Below, in pieces: positions 1 through 10,773 of a stretch of DNA of 64,000 nucleotides. The notes beneath the pieces were generated by a model. That model searched no databases. It worked only from the letters and a program-made list of their open reading frames with translations, and had not been told where the DNA came from. The DNA comes from Candidatus Jorgensenbacteria bacterium (GTDB lineage: Bacteria > Patescibacteriota > Minisyncoccia > UBA6257 > GWB1-50-10): positions 25,581-89,580 of the forward strand of contig JAZDFV010000002.1 in assembly GCA_043807585.1 (NCBI GenBank), in the 5' to 3' direction. Each line of letters begins with the position of its first letter. Position 1 is the first letter of the stretch. A program made the translations under genes and the position numbers.

Positions 1-2583
1 GCGGACCTCTTGAAGGGGAAACAGGGCCGGTTCCGGCAGAATCTCCTCGGGAAGCGGGTGGACTATTCCGGCCGCTCCGTGATCGTGGTGGGTCCCGAGC
101 TTGCCCTGAACGAATGCGGGCTCCCCAAGACGCTCGCGCTCGAGCTCTTCCGCCACTTCGTTATCAATAAGATCATCGAGCGGGGCTTCGCCTACAACAT
201 CAAACAGGCGAACCGCTTCATCGAGCAGGGATCGCCCGAGGTGCTCGCCATCTTGGAGGAGGTGATCCAAGACAAGATGGTGCTCCTGAACCGCGCCCCG
301 ACACTCCACCGGCTCGGCATCCAGGCGTTCAGGCCCGTGCTGATCGAGGACCTCGCTATCCGGATTCCGCCACTGGTTTGCGCCGCTTTCAACGCAGATT
401 TTGACGGCGACCAGATGGCGGTACACCTGCCCCTCACCCTAGAGGCGCAATACGAGGCGAGCACTCTCATGGATGCGAGCAAGAACCTACTGAAGCCCGC
501 GAACGGTGACCCTATCGTCTCACCCTCGAATGATGTGGTGCTCGGTTGCTACTTCTTGACGCGGGAGATGCCTGGCGCGAAGGGAGAGGGGAAGATATTC
601 GGGTGCCACGCGGAGGTGGAGTTTGCCTACGAGTTGGGCGCTATCGACATCAACGCAAAGATAACGCTCTGCGAAGGAAGGGAGCGTCTCGAGACCACCT
701 GCGGGCGCCTCATCTTCAACCGCGTGCTTCCCGAAGGGTTCGGGTTCGTGAATGAGCAGTTGGGGAAGAAGCTTCTCTCAAGGCTCGTGGCACGGCTCAT
801 TGACCAGTGCGGCATTGAATCCACCTACCGATACCTCGACCGCATCAAGAACCTTGGATTTGAATACGCGACTGTTTCCTCCGTCACGTGGGGGATGGCC
901 GACACCTTGACCCCAACTGATAAACCAAAGGTCATTGCCGAGGGTGAAGCGCGGGTGGCGCTTATCGAGTCGCAGTACGGCGAGGGGCTTTTGACCGACG
1001 AAGAACGCCGAGAGAAGGTGATCGGGGCGTGGACCGAGGTGCGTGATGAGATTGCGAAACTCGTGCCTAAGGTGCTCGACCCCAAGAACCCCATCTACTC
1101 GATCATTGATTCCGGCGCCCGCGGGAGCTGGGCACAATCACTCCAAATGATGGGTATGAAGGGGATGGTGATGGATACGAAGGGGGAGATCATCGAGCTC
1201 CCAGTTAAGTCCTCCTACAAGGATGGGCTCTCGGTCCTCGAGTACTTCATTTCCACCCACGGTGCCCGCAAGGGTTCCACTGACACGGCGCTCAAAACCG
1301 CGCAGGCGGGTTACCTCACGCGGCGGCTCGTGGATGTGGCGCAGGACCTCGTGATCCAAGAGGCGGACTGTAAATCGAACGAGGGCATTGAAGTGGTACG
1401 GAAGGAGGGCGAGGAGTTCAGCTATGCGTTCGGTGATCGGCTCTACTCACGCGCGAGCGTGGAGGATATCCGCATTGACCGAAAGCTCATCGTGCGGGCA
1501 GGAGAGGTCATCACCCGCGCCGCCGCAAAGGCGATCCAGGACTCCAAACTTGAGTCGGTGAATGTGCGCTCGCCCATCACCTGTAAGACGGTGGGTGGTA
1601 TCTGTGCCGCCTGCTACGGGTTTGATTTGAGCAAGAATCGTGTGGTGGAGGTAGGGGAGGCGGTGGGGATCGTGGCAGCGCAGTCCATCGGCGAGCCGGG
1701 TACCCAGCTCACGCTCCGCACATTCCACACGGGAGGTGTCGCCGGAGTGGACATCACGCATGGTTTGCCACGCGTTGAGGAAATTTTCGAGGCCCGTCCG
1801 CCGCGCGGGAAAGCCCCCCTCATCAAAGCCGATGGAGTGGTTGGGAGCATTGAGGAACGCGGACTTGTGCGGATAGTTAAGGTGAAACTCGCGGCCCCCC
1901 AGGGCAAGAAGACGAAGAAAACACTGGATGAGTATATGCTCCCAGCCGGCGCCACGCTCTACATGAAGGAAGGAGACAAGGTGAAGAAAGGAGACATGCT
2001 CTCGGAGGGCTCCCTCGATCTCCGTGAGCTTCTCGTGTACCGCGGTCTCCAGGCACTCCAGCACTACATTATCAACGAGATCCAGCGCATCTATATCTCG
2101 CAGGGTGCCGGCATCAACGATAAGCACATTGAGGTCATCGTGCGCCAAATGCTCTCGCGCGTGGTGGTGCGGGAGGCGGGCGACACGGAGTTTATGCCCG
2201 GTGACGTGGTGAACCGGTGGGAGTTCGTGCGGGTGAATCGGGAAATGCGCCGTCTGAAAAAACAGGGCGCGAAGGCGGTCCTGAAGGTCATGGGTATTAC
2301 CCGCGTGGCGCTTGATTCCTCAAGCTTTCTCTCCGCGGCGTCCTTCCAGGAGACGAGCCGGGTGCTCGTGGGGGCTGCGGTGGAAGGCCGCGTGGATCCG
2401 CTCCGTGGTTTGAAGGAGAACGTCATCATTGGGAAGCTCATCCCCGCCGGTACCGGCTTCCGCGGGATACCGCCTGAGGCAATCGAGGCGATGCGGCCGA
2501 AGCGCGAGGAAATTCCTCCCGCGGAAGAAGCTTTGCCGACTGGGGAAGCCCCGAAGATTATTGACGCATCCCCGAGTGCGTGA
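1..2583 (+). CDS. rpoC: RNA polymerase beta' subunit, 5'-truncated by the window edge
   Basis: [24 protein letters not shown] catalytic motif, GLKENVIIG; frame open from base 1. Confidence 0.99.
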   Translation, partial: ADLLKGKQGRFRQNLLGKRVDYSGRSVIVVGPELALNECGLPKTLALELFRHFVINKIIERGFAYNIKQANRFIEQGSPEVLAILEEVIQDKMVLLNRAPTLHRLGIQAFRPVLIEDLAIRIPPLVCAAFNADFDGDQMAVHLPLTLEAQYEASTLMDASKNLLKPANGDPIVSPSNDVVLGCYFLTREMPGAKGEGKIFGCHAEVEFAYELGAIDINAKITLCEGRERLETTCGRLIFNRVLPEGFGFVNEQLGKKLLSRLVARLIDQCGIESTYRYLDRIKNLGFEYATVSSVTWGMADTLTPTDKPKVIAEGEARVALIESQYGEGLLTDEERREKVIGAWTEVRDEIAKLVPKVLDPKNPIYSIIDSGARGSWAQSLQMMGMKGMVMDTKGEIIELPVKSSYKDGLSVLEYFISTHGARKGSTDTALKTAQAGYLTRRLVDVAQDLVIQEADCKSNEGIEVVRKEGEEFSYAFGDRLYSRASVEDIRIDRKLIVRAGEVITRAAAKAIQDSKLESVNVRSPITCKTVGGICAACYGFDLSKNRVVEVGEAVGIVAAQSIGEPGTQLTLRTFHTGGVAGVDITHGLPRVEEIFEARPPRGKAPLIKADGVVGSIEERGLVRIVKVKLAAPQGKKTKKTLDEYMLPAGATLYMKEGDKVKKGDMLSEGSLDLRELLVYRGLQALQHYIINEIQRIYISQGAGINDKHIEVIVRQMLSRVVVREAGDTEFMPGDVVNRWEFVRVNREMRRLKKQGAKAVLKVMGITRVALDSSSFLSAASFQETSRVLVGAAVEGRVDPLRGLKENVIIGKLIPAGTGFRGIPPEAIEAMRPKREEIPPAEEALPTGEAPKIIDASPSA

Positions 2584-2596
2584 TACGGTTACGATT

Positions 2597-2752
2597 GCTA
2601 CGAATTACGAATTTGGTACGAATATACGAAACGCTCCGCTTCTCTACGAATTACTAATTTCTTACGAATATACGAAAACGACTTCACATCTTATTAACAA
2701 TTTCGTATATTCGTATACTTTTCGTATTTCGTAGCCCTTTGGTACTTTCGTA
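2597..2752. repeat. Inverted low-complexity array (TACGAA-type units facing TTCGTA-type units)
   Basis: multiple tacgaa units followed by multiple ttcgta units between rpoC and rpsF. Confidence 0.85.
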
Positions 2753-2758
2753 TGTTTT

Positions 2759-3190
2759 ATGAATATTGAGACAGAAACAGAGAATGGTACGCACTTCGAG
2801 GTATCCTACCTCGAGCGGAGTGAAGGTGCCGCCGGTCTCAAGGCCGCGATTGAGCGGCACCGCGGCCGCGTGATTGCGGAAAAACCGCTGGAGAAGGTGC
2901 GCCTTTCTTATCCGATAAAGAAGCAATCTTATGCGTTCTTGGGATGCGTGGAATTCACTATGGAACCAGCGGAGCTCACTGAATTCCAAGCGGAGCTTCG
3001 TCTGAACGGCGAGATGCTCCGGATGCTCCTGCACCGTGCGGAACATCCGGATGTAGGTTCCGCTAGGGAAACCCCAACGCCCGCTGCGGCGCCGAGAGTT
3101 CAGCCCACGCGCCCCGCGCGGCAAAAGGAAGAACCTCCCATTCTCACTAACGAGGCGCTTGAAAAGAAGATAGAAGAGATACTGCAGTAG
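2759..3190 (+). CDS. rpsF: 30S ribosomal protein S6
   Basis: RLSYPIKK motif; rpsF-ssb-rpsR synteny. Confidence 0.9.
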   Translation: MNIETETENGTHFEVSYLERSEGAAGLKAAIERHRGRVIAEKPLEKVRLSYPIKKQSYAFLGCVEFTMEPAELTEFQAELRLNGEMLRMLLHRAEHPDVGSARETPTPAAAPRVQPTRPARQKEEPPILTNEALEKKIEEILQ

Positions 3191-3300
3191 GTTTACGATG
3201 ACTATGACTATAACTATGACTGGAATTCGTGGTCATCGTCATTGTCATTAGTCATTGTTTTTTGTTACTATTTACCTACAGGAAACAATAGACAAAATAT

Positions 3301-3828
3301 ATGAATCTAAATAAAGTTTTTTTAATTGGGCGTCTCACTGCCGATCCCCAGCTCCGAACCACTACGGCTGGCCAGTCGGTGGCAAGTTTTTCCGTGGCGA
3401 CGAACCGCACATGGACCAACAAGCAGGGAGAACGGCAGGAGGACGTGCAGTTCCACAATGTGGTGCTGTGGGGGCGGCAGGCGGAGATCGCGAACCAGTT
3501 CCTCCGGAAGGGGAGCATGGTGATGGTGGAGGGGCGCCTCCAGAACCGCAGCTGGCAGGATAAGCAGGGGCAGAACCGCACTACGACCGAGGTTGTTGGC
3601 GAGCGCATCCAGCTCGGACCCCGCGGCGCGGGTGTGGGTGGCCCTTCGACGGGTTCGACAGGCACTTCGGCCGTGAGCTCAGTGCCGAACGGCTCACCGC
3701 AGGCAAGTTCAGGATTTGGAAACAAACAGGGTTCTCCTGTAGAGGGCACTGATGAGGCAAAGGAGGAGCCGCTCCCCGAGATCAACGTGGATGATGGTGA
3801 AGTAAAACCAGAGAACATCCCGTTTTAA
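3301..3828 (+). CDS. ssb: Single-stranded DNA-binding protein
   Basis: MNLNKVFLIGRLTADP OB fold; acidic C-terminal ...NIPF. Confidence 0.98.
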   Translation: MNLNKVFLIGRLTADPQLRTTTAGQSVASFSVATNRTWTNKQGERQEDVQFHNVVLWGRQAEIANQFLRKGSMVMVEGRLQNRSWQDKQGQNRTTTEVVGERIQLGPRGAGVGGPSTGSTGTSAVSSVPNGSPQASSGFGNKQGSPVEGTDEAKEEPLPEINVDDGEVKPENIPF

Positions 3829-3924
3829 ACCACCATGACCATGACAATAACAATGACAGGGGAAGGGAAGGAAAGAAATTATTTTCCTGCTCGTCATAGT
3901 CATCGGTCATCGTTATCGTAATTT

Positions 3925-4125
3925 ATGCGACAGTGCGTTTTTTGTTCCCAGAACGCGAAGACCATTGATTACCGGAGCGTGGACGTGCTCCGCCGTTTTG
4001 TTTCCGGCCAGGCAAAGATCATAGATCCGCGCCACACGGGGGTCTGCGCCAAGCACCAGCGGCGTCTCGCACGCGCGGTGAAGCGCGCGCGCATCATGGG
4101 GCTACTACCCTTCGTGCGCAGATAG
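3925..4125 (+). CDS. rpsR: 30S ribosomal protein S18 (Zn-ribbon type)
   Basis: CVFC...IDY...[19 protein letters not shown]. Confidence 0.97.
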   Translation: MRQCVFCSQNAKTIDYRSVDVLRRFVSGQAKIIDPRHTGVCAKHQRRLARAVKRARIMGLLPFVRR

Positions 4126-4236
4126 CTACGAAATACGAATTTTTTACGAATTTACGAAAACGATTTATAACAGTTTCGTATATTCGTATTATTTCGTATT
4201 TCGTAGCCCTTAGGTATTTTCATATTTCGTAGCGCT

Positions 4237-4758
4237 ATGGACCTCATACTTTTCAACTTTATTCATTCGTTTGCGGAGAAGTGGTCACTCGTTGACTGGG
4301 GTAGCGTGCTCGTCGCCCAGTACCTCCCCTACGCGATGGGAATCGCCGCTGTCGTGTTTCTCTTTCGTATGGAGCCGTGGAAGGTGCGGGTAGAGGCCTT
4401 TTTAGCAACCGCGCTTTCTCTTCTCCTCGCGCGCGGGTTGCTCACGGAGCTCATCCGTTTCCTTTATGACCGCCCGCGGCCGTTTGTGGAACTCGGGTTC
4501 ACGCCGCTCATCTCGGAGAACAGTGCTTCGTTCCCCTCGGGGCACGCGGCGTTTTTCTTTGCCCTCTCCGCTGTGATTTTCTCCGTGAACCGCACGTGGG
4601 GGTGGTGGTTCCTCGGTCTCTCGCTCTTGAACGGCATTGCGCGCGTCTACGCTGGCGTGCATTGGCCGAGCGACATCCTCGCGGGCGCGGCGGTAGGTGT
4701 CTTCTCGTTCCTCGCGGTGCAGAAGCTTCTCAAACGGGCGCCGGAGCGCGCTTCTTAA
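4237..4758 (+). CDS. PAP2-family membrane phosphatase (undecaprenyl-PP phosphatase-like)
   Basis: RPRP, SFPSGHA, RVYAGVHWPSD motifs. Confidence 0.93.
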   Translation: MDLILFNFIHSFAEKWSLVDWGSVLVAQYLPYAMGIAAVVFLFRMEPWKVRVEAFLATALSLLLARGLLTELIRFLYDRPRPFVELGFTPLISENSASFPSGHAAFFFALSAVIFSVNRTWGWWFLGLSLLNGIARVYAGVHWPSDILAGAAVGVFSFLAVQKLLKRAPERAS

Positions 4759-4773
4759 CCCCAGCTGTCCGGA

Positions 4774-4803
4774 GGCCTCACCTCCTCAGGAGGTGAGGCC
4801 TCC
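4774..4803. repeat. REP-like palindrome of the GAGGT..ACCTC family (also 19478-19509, 49441-49472)
   Basis: ggcctcacctcc-tca-ggaggtgaggcc hairpin; related hairpins follow lemA and the M50 protease. Confidence 0.7.
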
Positions 4804-4822
4804 CCAAATTGAACCAAATAGA

Positions 4823-5086
4823 TTACACAAAAAACGACAGTAGCTTGAGTTTTATTTTTTCTACCTCGCTCGCGTCCAAATTGTCCGAAGCGTTGAGTTT
4901 CAGATCGCGGATGGCCCGCGCGGCCTCTTCTTTTGAAATACCCTCGGAGAGATAGCGGCCGAAAACCGCCTTCACATACTCCTGCTCCTCTGGGGAGAGC
5001 GCCGAAATCTGCCGGAGGAGCATATCAAGCTTCTCTCTTGAGAGGTGTTTCCCGCCGGAAGGCGAGAGAAAGTCAAAGATACCCAT
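4823..5086 (-). CDS. Hypothetical small helical protein
   Basis: 87-aa ORF from ATG 5086 with plausible composition. Confidence 0.7.
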   Translation of the reverse strand: MGIFDFLSPSGGKHLSREKLDMLLRQISALSPEEQEYVKAVFGRYLSEGISKEEAARAIRDLKLNASDNLDASEVEKIKLKLLSFFV

Positions 5087-5234
5087 ATCAATAAATATCA
5101 AGTATTAAGAATCAAATGTCAAATATGTTGTAGGCATACTTTCTTATTCGCGCGAATAAGAAAGTACGAGATTTTGAGAGATTGAGAAGCATAAAATAGG
5201 TAAATGCCGAACCACAAGTTTTTTCTTTGGATCG

Positions 5235-6281
5235 CTAAGCGTTCCTTTTATCCCGCTTAGCGGGAATGGCGGCAAATTCTTTCAAATATTTTTTGACCTT
5301 TCCAATAAATAAATCAATTAATAGTATAAAAATTATTAAAAGCAAAATTACCAATAGTTTATGCGTTACCCAAAAGGCATTGATATATATCCAAATATCA
5401 TAGAAAAATCTGTCAAACCAATTGTAATCAGGCGAGGGGAATCTTATTACTTCTTTATTAGCTTTATCGCCATTAACATCTACTTTGATATAGTGATAAA
5501 AATAATGGTCGGGGTCCGTTCCCATTAGTTCAGAACCAGCGCCGCCGGTAATAATATAATTTATTCCATTTTTTGTTTCATCGAAATAAGCATGAATATG
5601 GGAAGCAAAAACAGTATCAACTTTATACTTTTCCATTAAATTAATAAATTCTTGAGCATTCTGTTTGTCGGATAGGGAATGATTGGTGTTGGGACGGGGG
5701 TCAAAAGCTGGCACATGTAAAAAGACAAATTTATGTTGATAGTTTCTCTGCAATTGTTCCTCCAGCCATTTCATCTGCACCGCATCAATTCTTGTTTCAT
5801 TAGCATCGTCTAAGACAACGAATAAAGAATTGCCATAATCAAATGAATAATAAAATTTGCCAAAAATATCAAAATAGTTTTCTGCCCCGCCCTCTCGGAT
5901 ATCGTGATTGCCAACCGCGACCAAAAACGGTGTCTGCTCGTTTTTTATCATATTGTAAAAGATCCGGTATTTTGCTTTTTCACCGTCATACACCAAATCC
6001 CCAACATCAATGGCAAAAGTATAGTGGTTGTTGTCAATATCTTTCAGAATTTTACTAAATATTTTGAAGCTATTTTTATTATCGCCCATCACGGCAAAGC
6101 TGAAGTTGTCTGAAGGCGCGGAAGAATGAATTTTATCAATTTGTTTTTGATTATAATTGCCCGGGCCAACCGGCAAATAATCGTTTAGGCCAATGGTTAT
6201 TAGCAAAATAGCAATGACAACAACGGCAGCAATATGACGCTTTTTAGAGAAATATTTTTTAAAATTATCTTTTAATGACAT
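5235..6281 (-). CDS. Membrane-anchored calcineurin-like metallophosphoesterase (low GC)
   Basis: GDN, GDLV, GNHD, SHIH motifs; N- and C-terminal hydrophobic helices; start revised to ATG 6281. Confidence 0.92.
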   Translation of the reverse strand: MSLKDNFKKYFSKKRHIAAVVVIAILLITIGLNDYLPVGPGNYNQKQIDKIHSSAPSDNFSFAVMGDNKNSFKIFSKILKDIDNNHYTFAIDVGDLVYDGEKAKYRIFYNMIKNEQTPFLVAVGNHDIREGGAENYFDIFGKFYYSFDYGNSLFVVLDDANETRIDAVQMKWLEEQLQRNYQHKFVFLHVPAFDPRPNTNHSLSDKQNAQEFINLMEKYKVDTVFASHIHAYFDETKNGINYIITGGAGSELMGTDPDHYFYHYIKVDVNGDKANKEVIRFPSPDYNWFDRFFYDIWIYINAFWVTHKLLVILLLIIFILLIDLFIGKVKKYLKEFAAIPAKRDKRNA

Positions 6282-6326
6282 ATGTTTGTGGGACGCTGAG
6301 CGTCCCGATAACAACGCTAAGCGTTG

Positions 6327-6370
6327 TGCCCGGGGTGGGGGTCGAACCCACACGGCCTTGCGATCACAGG
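6327..6370 (-). pseudogene. Orphan 3' half of a tRNA-Leu (variable arm, T arm, acceptor strand)
   Basis: minus strand CCTGTGATCGCAAGGCCGTGTGGGTTCGACCCCCACCCCGGGCA; no 5' half upstream. Confidence 0.75.
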
Positions 6371-6630
6371 AGTTCTTCAAGCCGTTCGCGTTCCTCGTTG
6401 ATCAGTTCTTGCCATGTGAACGTGCTTTTCCCGCACAGAAATTCCCGCTTCATTTTTTGGTTGTTGTAGAAGAAATTTATCCACGCCCTGCCTTCGGTCG
6501 CGAGATTCACAAAATTTGCTAGCTCTTGGTCGTTCGCCCTGCTGAACAATCTCATCAATTCGCCTCGCTCGATCCCTCCAAGGGTCGAATTTCTTACAAT
6601 GGTTTCAAGTTTGTATAAGTTCGATTCCAT
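6364..6630 (-). CDS. Hypothetical protein
   Basis: 88-aa ORF directly downstream of the large gene, same strand. Confidence 0.7.
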   Translation of the reverse strand: MESNLYKLETIVRNSTLGGIERGELMRLFSRANDQELANFVNLATEGRAWINFFYNNQKMKREFLCGKSTFTWQELINEERERLEELL

Positions 6631-6635
6631 GTTGG

Positions 6636-9044
6636 TTATTTTTCCGGCGATAGGATTTTGTTGTAGGCCTTGAGGAAAAGCACGCCAAGGTTTTTGTCCG
6701 GAGCGACGTAATTTTTGAAATCCTTGTTATTTTTGAAGAGGTTGCCCGCTTTAGCCCAAAGTTCCTGCCATTTTATATTCTTGCCGCTTCGTATCTCATT
6801 GTTGAGCATCTTGAGAAGCTGGTCATTCACCAATTTTACCCCAGTTCCTTTTGTCGAGATGATGTGAGCGTTCGGCGCGCGTTCGAGAACCGCTGCCATG
6901 TTGTTATACCCGCCGCACGAGCCGAGCGATACTATTTTTGCGATTGGAGGTATTCTCTCGATTGTTTTATGGGCGTGATAGCTGTGCCCGCGATGAACTA
7001 CCACGATTGTTTCTATATGTTTCTGCGCGAGAATCTCGTCTATCTTTTTTGGACCCTCGTCCTCATAACTTGGACGGTTCGCATATATTTCGACTTTCTT
7101 TCCGATTCCTTGGGAAACGATCCGCACGTATTCTTTTTTTGCTTCTATGCGCCATTCCGGACTGCCGGCATATTGTGAAAGAAAATTTTTGAACGACCCA
7201 TCGCCGTCTTTGTCGTTATAGAAAAAATATTGCTGGATGTTCGTTCCGTCTTTGTTGAAGAGGTCTTTTGAGGGGATTTCAGTTAGGTTCTGAAGTTTAT
7301 ATTTCTCCGACATTTCGTGTATCCATTCCTTGTTTGCTATAGCTTTCTCGCCAAACATGCCGCTCAAAAGTCCGTAGAGCGTTTTTCCCTCTTCGCTGTT
7401 TTCATTTTTTGCGCGTTCGTATTCGTCTTTGATTTTATCCTGAAACACTTCCAATATTTTTTTGTCTTTCACTATACCAAAGATTTCAGCGACGGTTGTG
7501 GCTTGCATGAGCTTATCTCCCTCTTTCTCTATATTAGAAATAGATCTTTCGAGGACGGTTTTACGCGCGGTTTCGTCCATAGTGTTCAAAAAATCATCCA
7601 ATCTGTTAAAACTAGCGCAGAGTTTTATCAATGTTCTGAATTTATTGTAGCCGTTTTGCTCAAGCAATTGATCGCCGGAGACGTGTTCACTTTTCATTTT
7701 CTCCACAAATCTATTGAACAAACCATTGAACGATGAGGTAAACAACTCCTCATCCCCATAGGTCATGAGAAGGTAGAGTTTCTGTGAAGAATGGTTTTCA
7801 ACCGATTTGAAACGCACGGGGTCCGTTGCTTCATGCAGGTCATTTATTTGCCTTACTTCTTTCAGCACCATCGTCTTTAGATATTTATCAGCTATTTCAC
7901 TTCCAAGGTGGTCCGGACGACTTTTAATCTCCATTAGTTTTTCTAGGAATTTTCCATCGTTTTTTGCGATATTGGCCGTTTCCTCAAGGCTCGTATTTTT
8001 TCTTACGATTTCATCGGTTAGTGCACACATTTTTTCTTGAATGTCGGGCGCGTATGTTGATTTTTTAATTTTTGACAATGTCTGTATGAACGGATCTTTG
8101 CTTTCGTTAAGTATTTTATTCACTTCTCTCTCAATGCCTTTTTCATTATCGATTGTATTGTACGGATCTATAATACCTTCTGGAAATTGCTTGATTGCAT
8201 GCTCAATCATTTCCCTTGCATCGGTAGCAGACGCAAGATTATCTGCGTGTCTTAAAACTGCCCACGGTTCAGTGAAAGCCACTCTCTCAACTATTTTCTT
8301 TCCCCACGGTGTGTTTACAAAATTCTCTGCATGGAAAATTATTGTTGGTGCAGTATTTATTTGCGTTGCCGCTTTTTCTAGAATTTTTTGCGCGTATGGT
8401 TGTGTAATAAAACGGTCTGCAAATTCAAAGGCACCCCAAGGGTCGAAATCTGCCGCTTTTTCTATTATTTTTTCTGCGTAGGGCTCATCTATAAAACGGT
8501 CGGCGAACTCAAGTACTAAGGAATGATTTGTTTTGATAGCTTGCTCTACAACTCGTTTGAGAATATCTTTTCCATTTGGGATGTTTTTATAGTTTTCCGC
8601 ATAACGGAGTGCGCCATAACATCTAGAATAGGGAGGGGGTTGGAATCGCTGCGGATCTAGCATCCCTGCACTCTCATTAACAGCTCCCTCAATGATTTTG
8701 TATGCCCATGGTTTGTACTCGTAGCTATCCGCGACCTCAAGCGCATCAATTGGTTGAAGTCTTGCTAATTCTGCGTACGCTTGTTCATCCAATGAACGTT
8801 TTCCTTCAATCTCCTGTTCGTGGAATCTTGTATATTTGCTGTGCGCAGATTCTGGCCGATCCCTCATCTCCACGATCGAGAGGGTGGTAATGAGGGTAAG
8901 CGCTTTAATGACCAAGCCGCTTTTTTCACGGATTCGCCCGAGTATCGTTTTCTCTTCGGTCTCCAACTTCTCAACGCCCTTTTCCGCGGCGTTTTCTTGA
9001 ATTTCGTTCCCTTCCGGTGAATCGTTTTGTTTTTCGAAATCCAT
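6636..9044 (-). CDS. Large hypothetical protein with helical repeats and a C-terminal HRGHS...GSCGG domain
   Basis: about 802 aa from ATG 9044 (the upstream extension overlaps the tRNA); low GC. Confidence 0.85.
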   Translation of the reverse strand: MDFEKQNDSPEGNEIQENAAEKGVEKLETEEKTILGRIREKSGLVIKALTLITTLSIVEMRDRPESAHSKYTRFHEQEIEGKRSLDEQAYAELARLQPIDALEVADSYEYKPWAYKIIEGAVNESAGMLDPQRFQPPPYSRCYGALRYAENYKNIPNGKDILKRVVEQAIKTNHSLVLEFADRFIDEPYAEKIIEKAADFDPWGAFEFADRFITQPYAQKILEKAATQINTAPTIIFHAENFVNTPWGKKIVERVAFTEPWAVLRHADNLASATDAREMIEHAIKQFPEGIIDPYNTIDNEKGIEREVNKILNESKDPFIQTLSKIKKSTYAPDIQEKMCALTDEIVRKNTSLEETANIAKNDGKFLEKLMEIKSRPDHLGSEIADKYLKTMVLKEVRQINDLHEATDPVRFKSVENHSSQKLYLLMTYGDEELFTSSFNGLFNRFVEKMKSEHVSGDQLLEQNGYNKFRTLIKLCASFNRLDDFLNTMDETARKTVLERSISNIEKEGDKLMQATTVAEIFGIVKDKKILEVFQDKIKDEYERAKNENSEEGKTLYGLLSGMFGEKAIANKEWIHEMSEKYKLQNLTEIPSKDLFNKDGTNIQQYFFYNDKDGDGSFKNFLSQYAGSPEWRIEAKKEYVRIVSQGIGKKVEIYANRPSYEDEGPKKIDEILAQKHIETIVVVHRGHSYHAHKTIERIPPIAKIVSLGSCGGYNNMAAVLERAPNAHIISTKGTGVKLVNDQLLKMLNNEIRSGKNIKWQELWAKAGNLFKNNKDFKNYVAPDKNLGVLFLKAYNKILSPEK

Positions 9045-9052
9045 ATTTTGTG

Positions 9053-9114
9053 TGGTGCCCGAGGTGGGAATCCCAGCCTTCGCCTGACTACGGACGGGCA
9101 GGGAACCCACACGG
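9053..9114 (-). pseudogene. Orphan tRNA-Leu 3' end interrupted in the T loop by a palindromic element
   Basis: minus strand CCGTGTGGGTTC[CCTGCCCGTCCGTAGTCAGGCGAAGGCTGG]GATTCCCACCTCGGGCACCA. Confidence 0.75.
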
Positions 9115-9116
9115 TG

Positions 9117-9197
9117 TGGGCGAGGAGGGAATCGAACCCTCATGGGTTGCCCCACACGATTTTGAGTCGTGCGCGTATACCGTTCCGCCACTCGCCC
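9117..9197 (-). tRNA. tRNA-Leu(CAA)
   Basis: GGGCGAG/CTCGCCC acceptor, CACGA-CTCAAAA-TCGTG anticodon arm, long variable arm, GGTTCGA; CCA not encoded. Confidence 0.95.
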
Positions 9198-9343
9198 TCT
9201 CCTTTCGCGTTGATATTACCACAAAAATTCGGTACAGTAAATTAAACTATGGCTCGCGTAACCCTTCGACAGGCTCAGGGTTTCCAATCACAGAATCAAG
9301 TTTGTTCGGTATTTATGTGGAGAATCCAAATTTTATACAAAAC

Positions 9344-10201
9344 ATGGCAAGAGTAATCGCCATCTTCAACCAGAAGGGGGGCGTGGGGAAAACTACGACC
9401 TCCATGAACCTCTCCGCGTACCTCGCGATGCGCGGCAAGAAAACGCTCCTCATTGATTTTGATCCGCAGTTCAACGCGACCATCGGCCTCGGGGTCACGC
9501 ATGCGCCGGACGAGACCGTCTACCACGCGCTCCTCGCGGGGCAGGACGTGGAGCGGGTGGTGAAACCCACCTATCTCACCCACTTCCACTTGGCGCCCTC
9601 CTCTGCGGACCTCGCGGGAGCACTTATAGAACTCGTTTATCTCCCGGACCGCGAGCAGTATCTCCAACACTTTGTGGAGAAGGTACGCGACCGCTACGAT
9701 TTCATTTTTATCGATCTTGGGCCCAACCTAAACCTCCTCACGGTGAACGGTCTTGTGGCGGCCGACGAGGTCATCGCTCCCATCCAGTGCGAGTATTTCA
9801 GCTTGGAGGGATTGAGCCAGCTCCTCCAAACCATCACCCTCGTGAGGGAGAATCTGGAGCATCCGCTTAAAGTCACGGGAGCGCTCCTCACTATGTACGA
9901 CAAACGGGAACGCCACTCCCGTGAGATCGCGCGCGAGGTGCGGCGGCGTTTCCCGCACAAAGTATTTGATGTGGAAATCCCGCGCTCGGTGGCGCTCGCG
10001 GAGGCACCCCACTACAAGAAACCAATCATGCTCTATGCGCCGCTCTCGCCCGGCGCCTTGGCCTATGAGGCGCTTGCCGATGAGGTGTTGCGGGAGGCGT
10101 ACGGTGTTCCCACGGCGGGGAGCGTACCGCCCGCGCCACCCATGCCAGCGGATTATCCACAATATCCCCGACTTGACCCCGTTAGAGACAGCCCGCCCTA
10201 A
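9344..10201 (+). CDS. parA: ParA/Soj chromosome-partitioning ATPase
   Basis: NQKGGVGKTT Walker A, IDFDPQ, PIQCEYFSLEG; stop codon lies inside a MITE. Confidence 0.97.
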   Translation: MARVIAIFNQKGGVGKTTTSMNLSAYLAMRGKKTLLIDFDPQFNATIGLGVTHAPDETVYHALLAGQDVERVVKPTYLTHFHLAPSSADLAGALIELVYLPDREQYLQHFVEKVRDRYDFIFIDLGPNLNLLTVNGLVAADEVIAPIQCEYFSLEGLSQLLQTITLVRENLEHPLKVTGALLTMYDKRERHSREIAREVRRRFPHKVFDVEIPRSVALAEAPHYKKPIMLYAPLSPGALAYEALADEVLREAYGVPTAGSVPPAPPMPADYPQYPRLDPVRDSPP

Positions 10202-10280
10202 GGGTCCTTTGGACCGCGCTTGCGCGCGGGCGCGGTCTCTAACGGGGTTGACCCCACATACAACTTGATTAGGTGAGGGG
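10177..10280. mobile_element. Two tandem MITE-like elements separated and flanked by TTGA
   Basis: TTGA-[CCCCGTTAGAGAC..GTCTCTAACGGGG 10177-10247]-TTGA-[CCCCAC..GAGGGG 10252-10280]-TTGA. Confidence 0.8.
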
Positions 10281-10623
10281 TTGACCACTTTTTCTAATCA
10301 TTTATTATTGTATTCGGCTCGCGTTGATGTGGGTGCTTTTGCAGGGGGCGGCGCATCCGGCCGGTGCGTAGTTCACTGCGGGGCGTTCAATAAAACGCGG
10401 ACCCGCGTGTATACACGTGCGCTAAGACAGAGGAAAGTTGGCGGCACGCGCGCGGGGCACTACTTCACATTCCGAGTTGCTCTTTATATTTCTTTTATTT
10501 TAGAACCTCGGAATGATAAACGAAGGAACGCACCGTGCACGGGCGGCTATACGCCTCTGTTTTAGTTTCCGTTGCTGGACCAAAAATCCCCATGGTGTGG
10601 GGATTTTTGCTGTCAGCAACAGG

Positions 10624-10773
10624 ACCCAGCACCAATTTCGCCGTAGCCCCCGGTAAATTGTGTTTTATGAATTGATTGCGGGTCGCGCTCGCGGCGCGCG
10701 CGTGCCGTATAGGCACACCCCGTTGTGGGCGAAGCGCGTCGCTGCTACGCACTCCGCGAAATTGGTGCTGTGG
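10624..10773. mobile_element. MITE-like element of the CCCAGCAC family upstream of parB
   Basis: perfect 15-bp inverted repeat CAGCACCAATTTCGC (10627-41) / GCGAAATTGGTGCTG (10756-70). Confidence 0.65.

Noticed and set aside
9017-9343. Upstream ORF-track extensions of parA (and of aspS, rplD, the 851-aa and 381-aa ORFs)
   Set aside because: They overlap tRNAs, the TR or repeats; downstream ATGs match the family N termini
10420-10445. GAGGAAAGT as RNase P RNA
   Set aside because: Lacks the GAGGAAAGTCC continuation and the complementary 3' P4 motif
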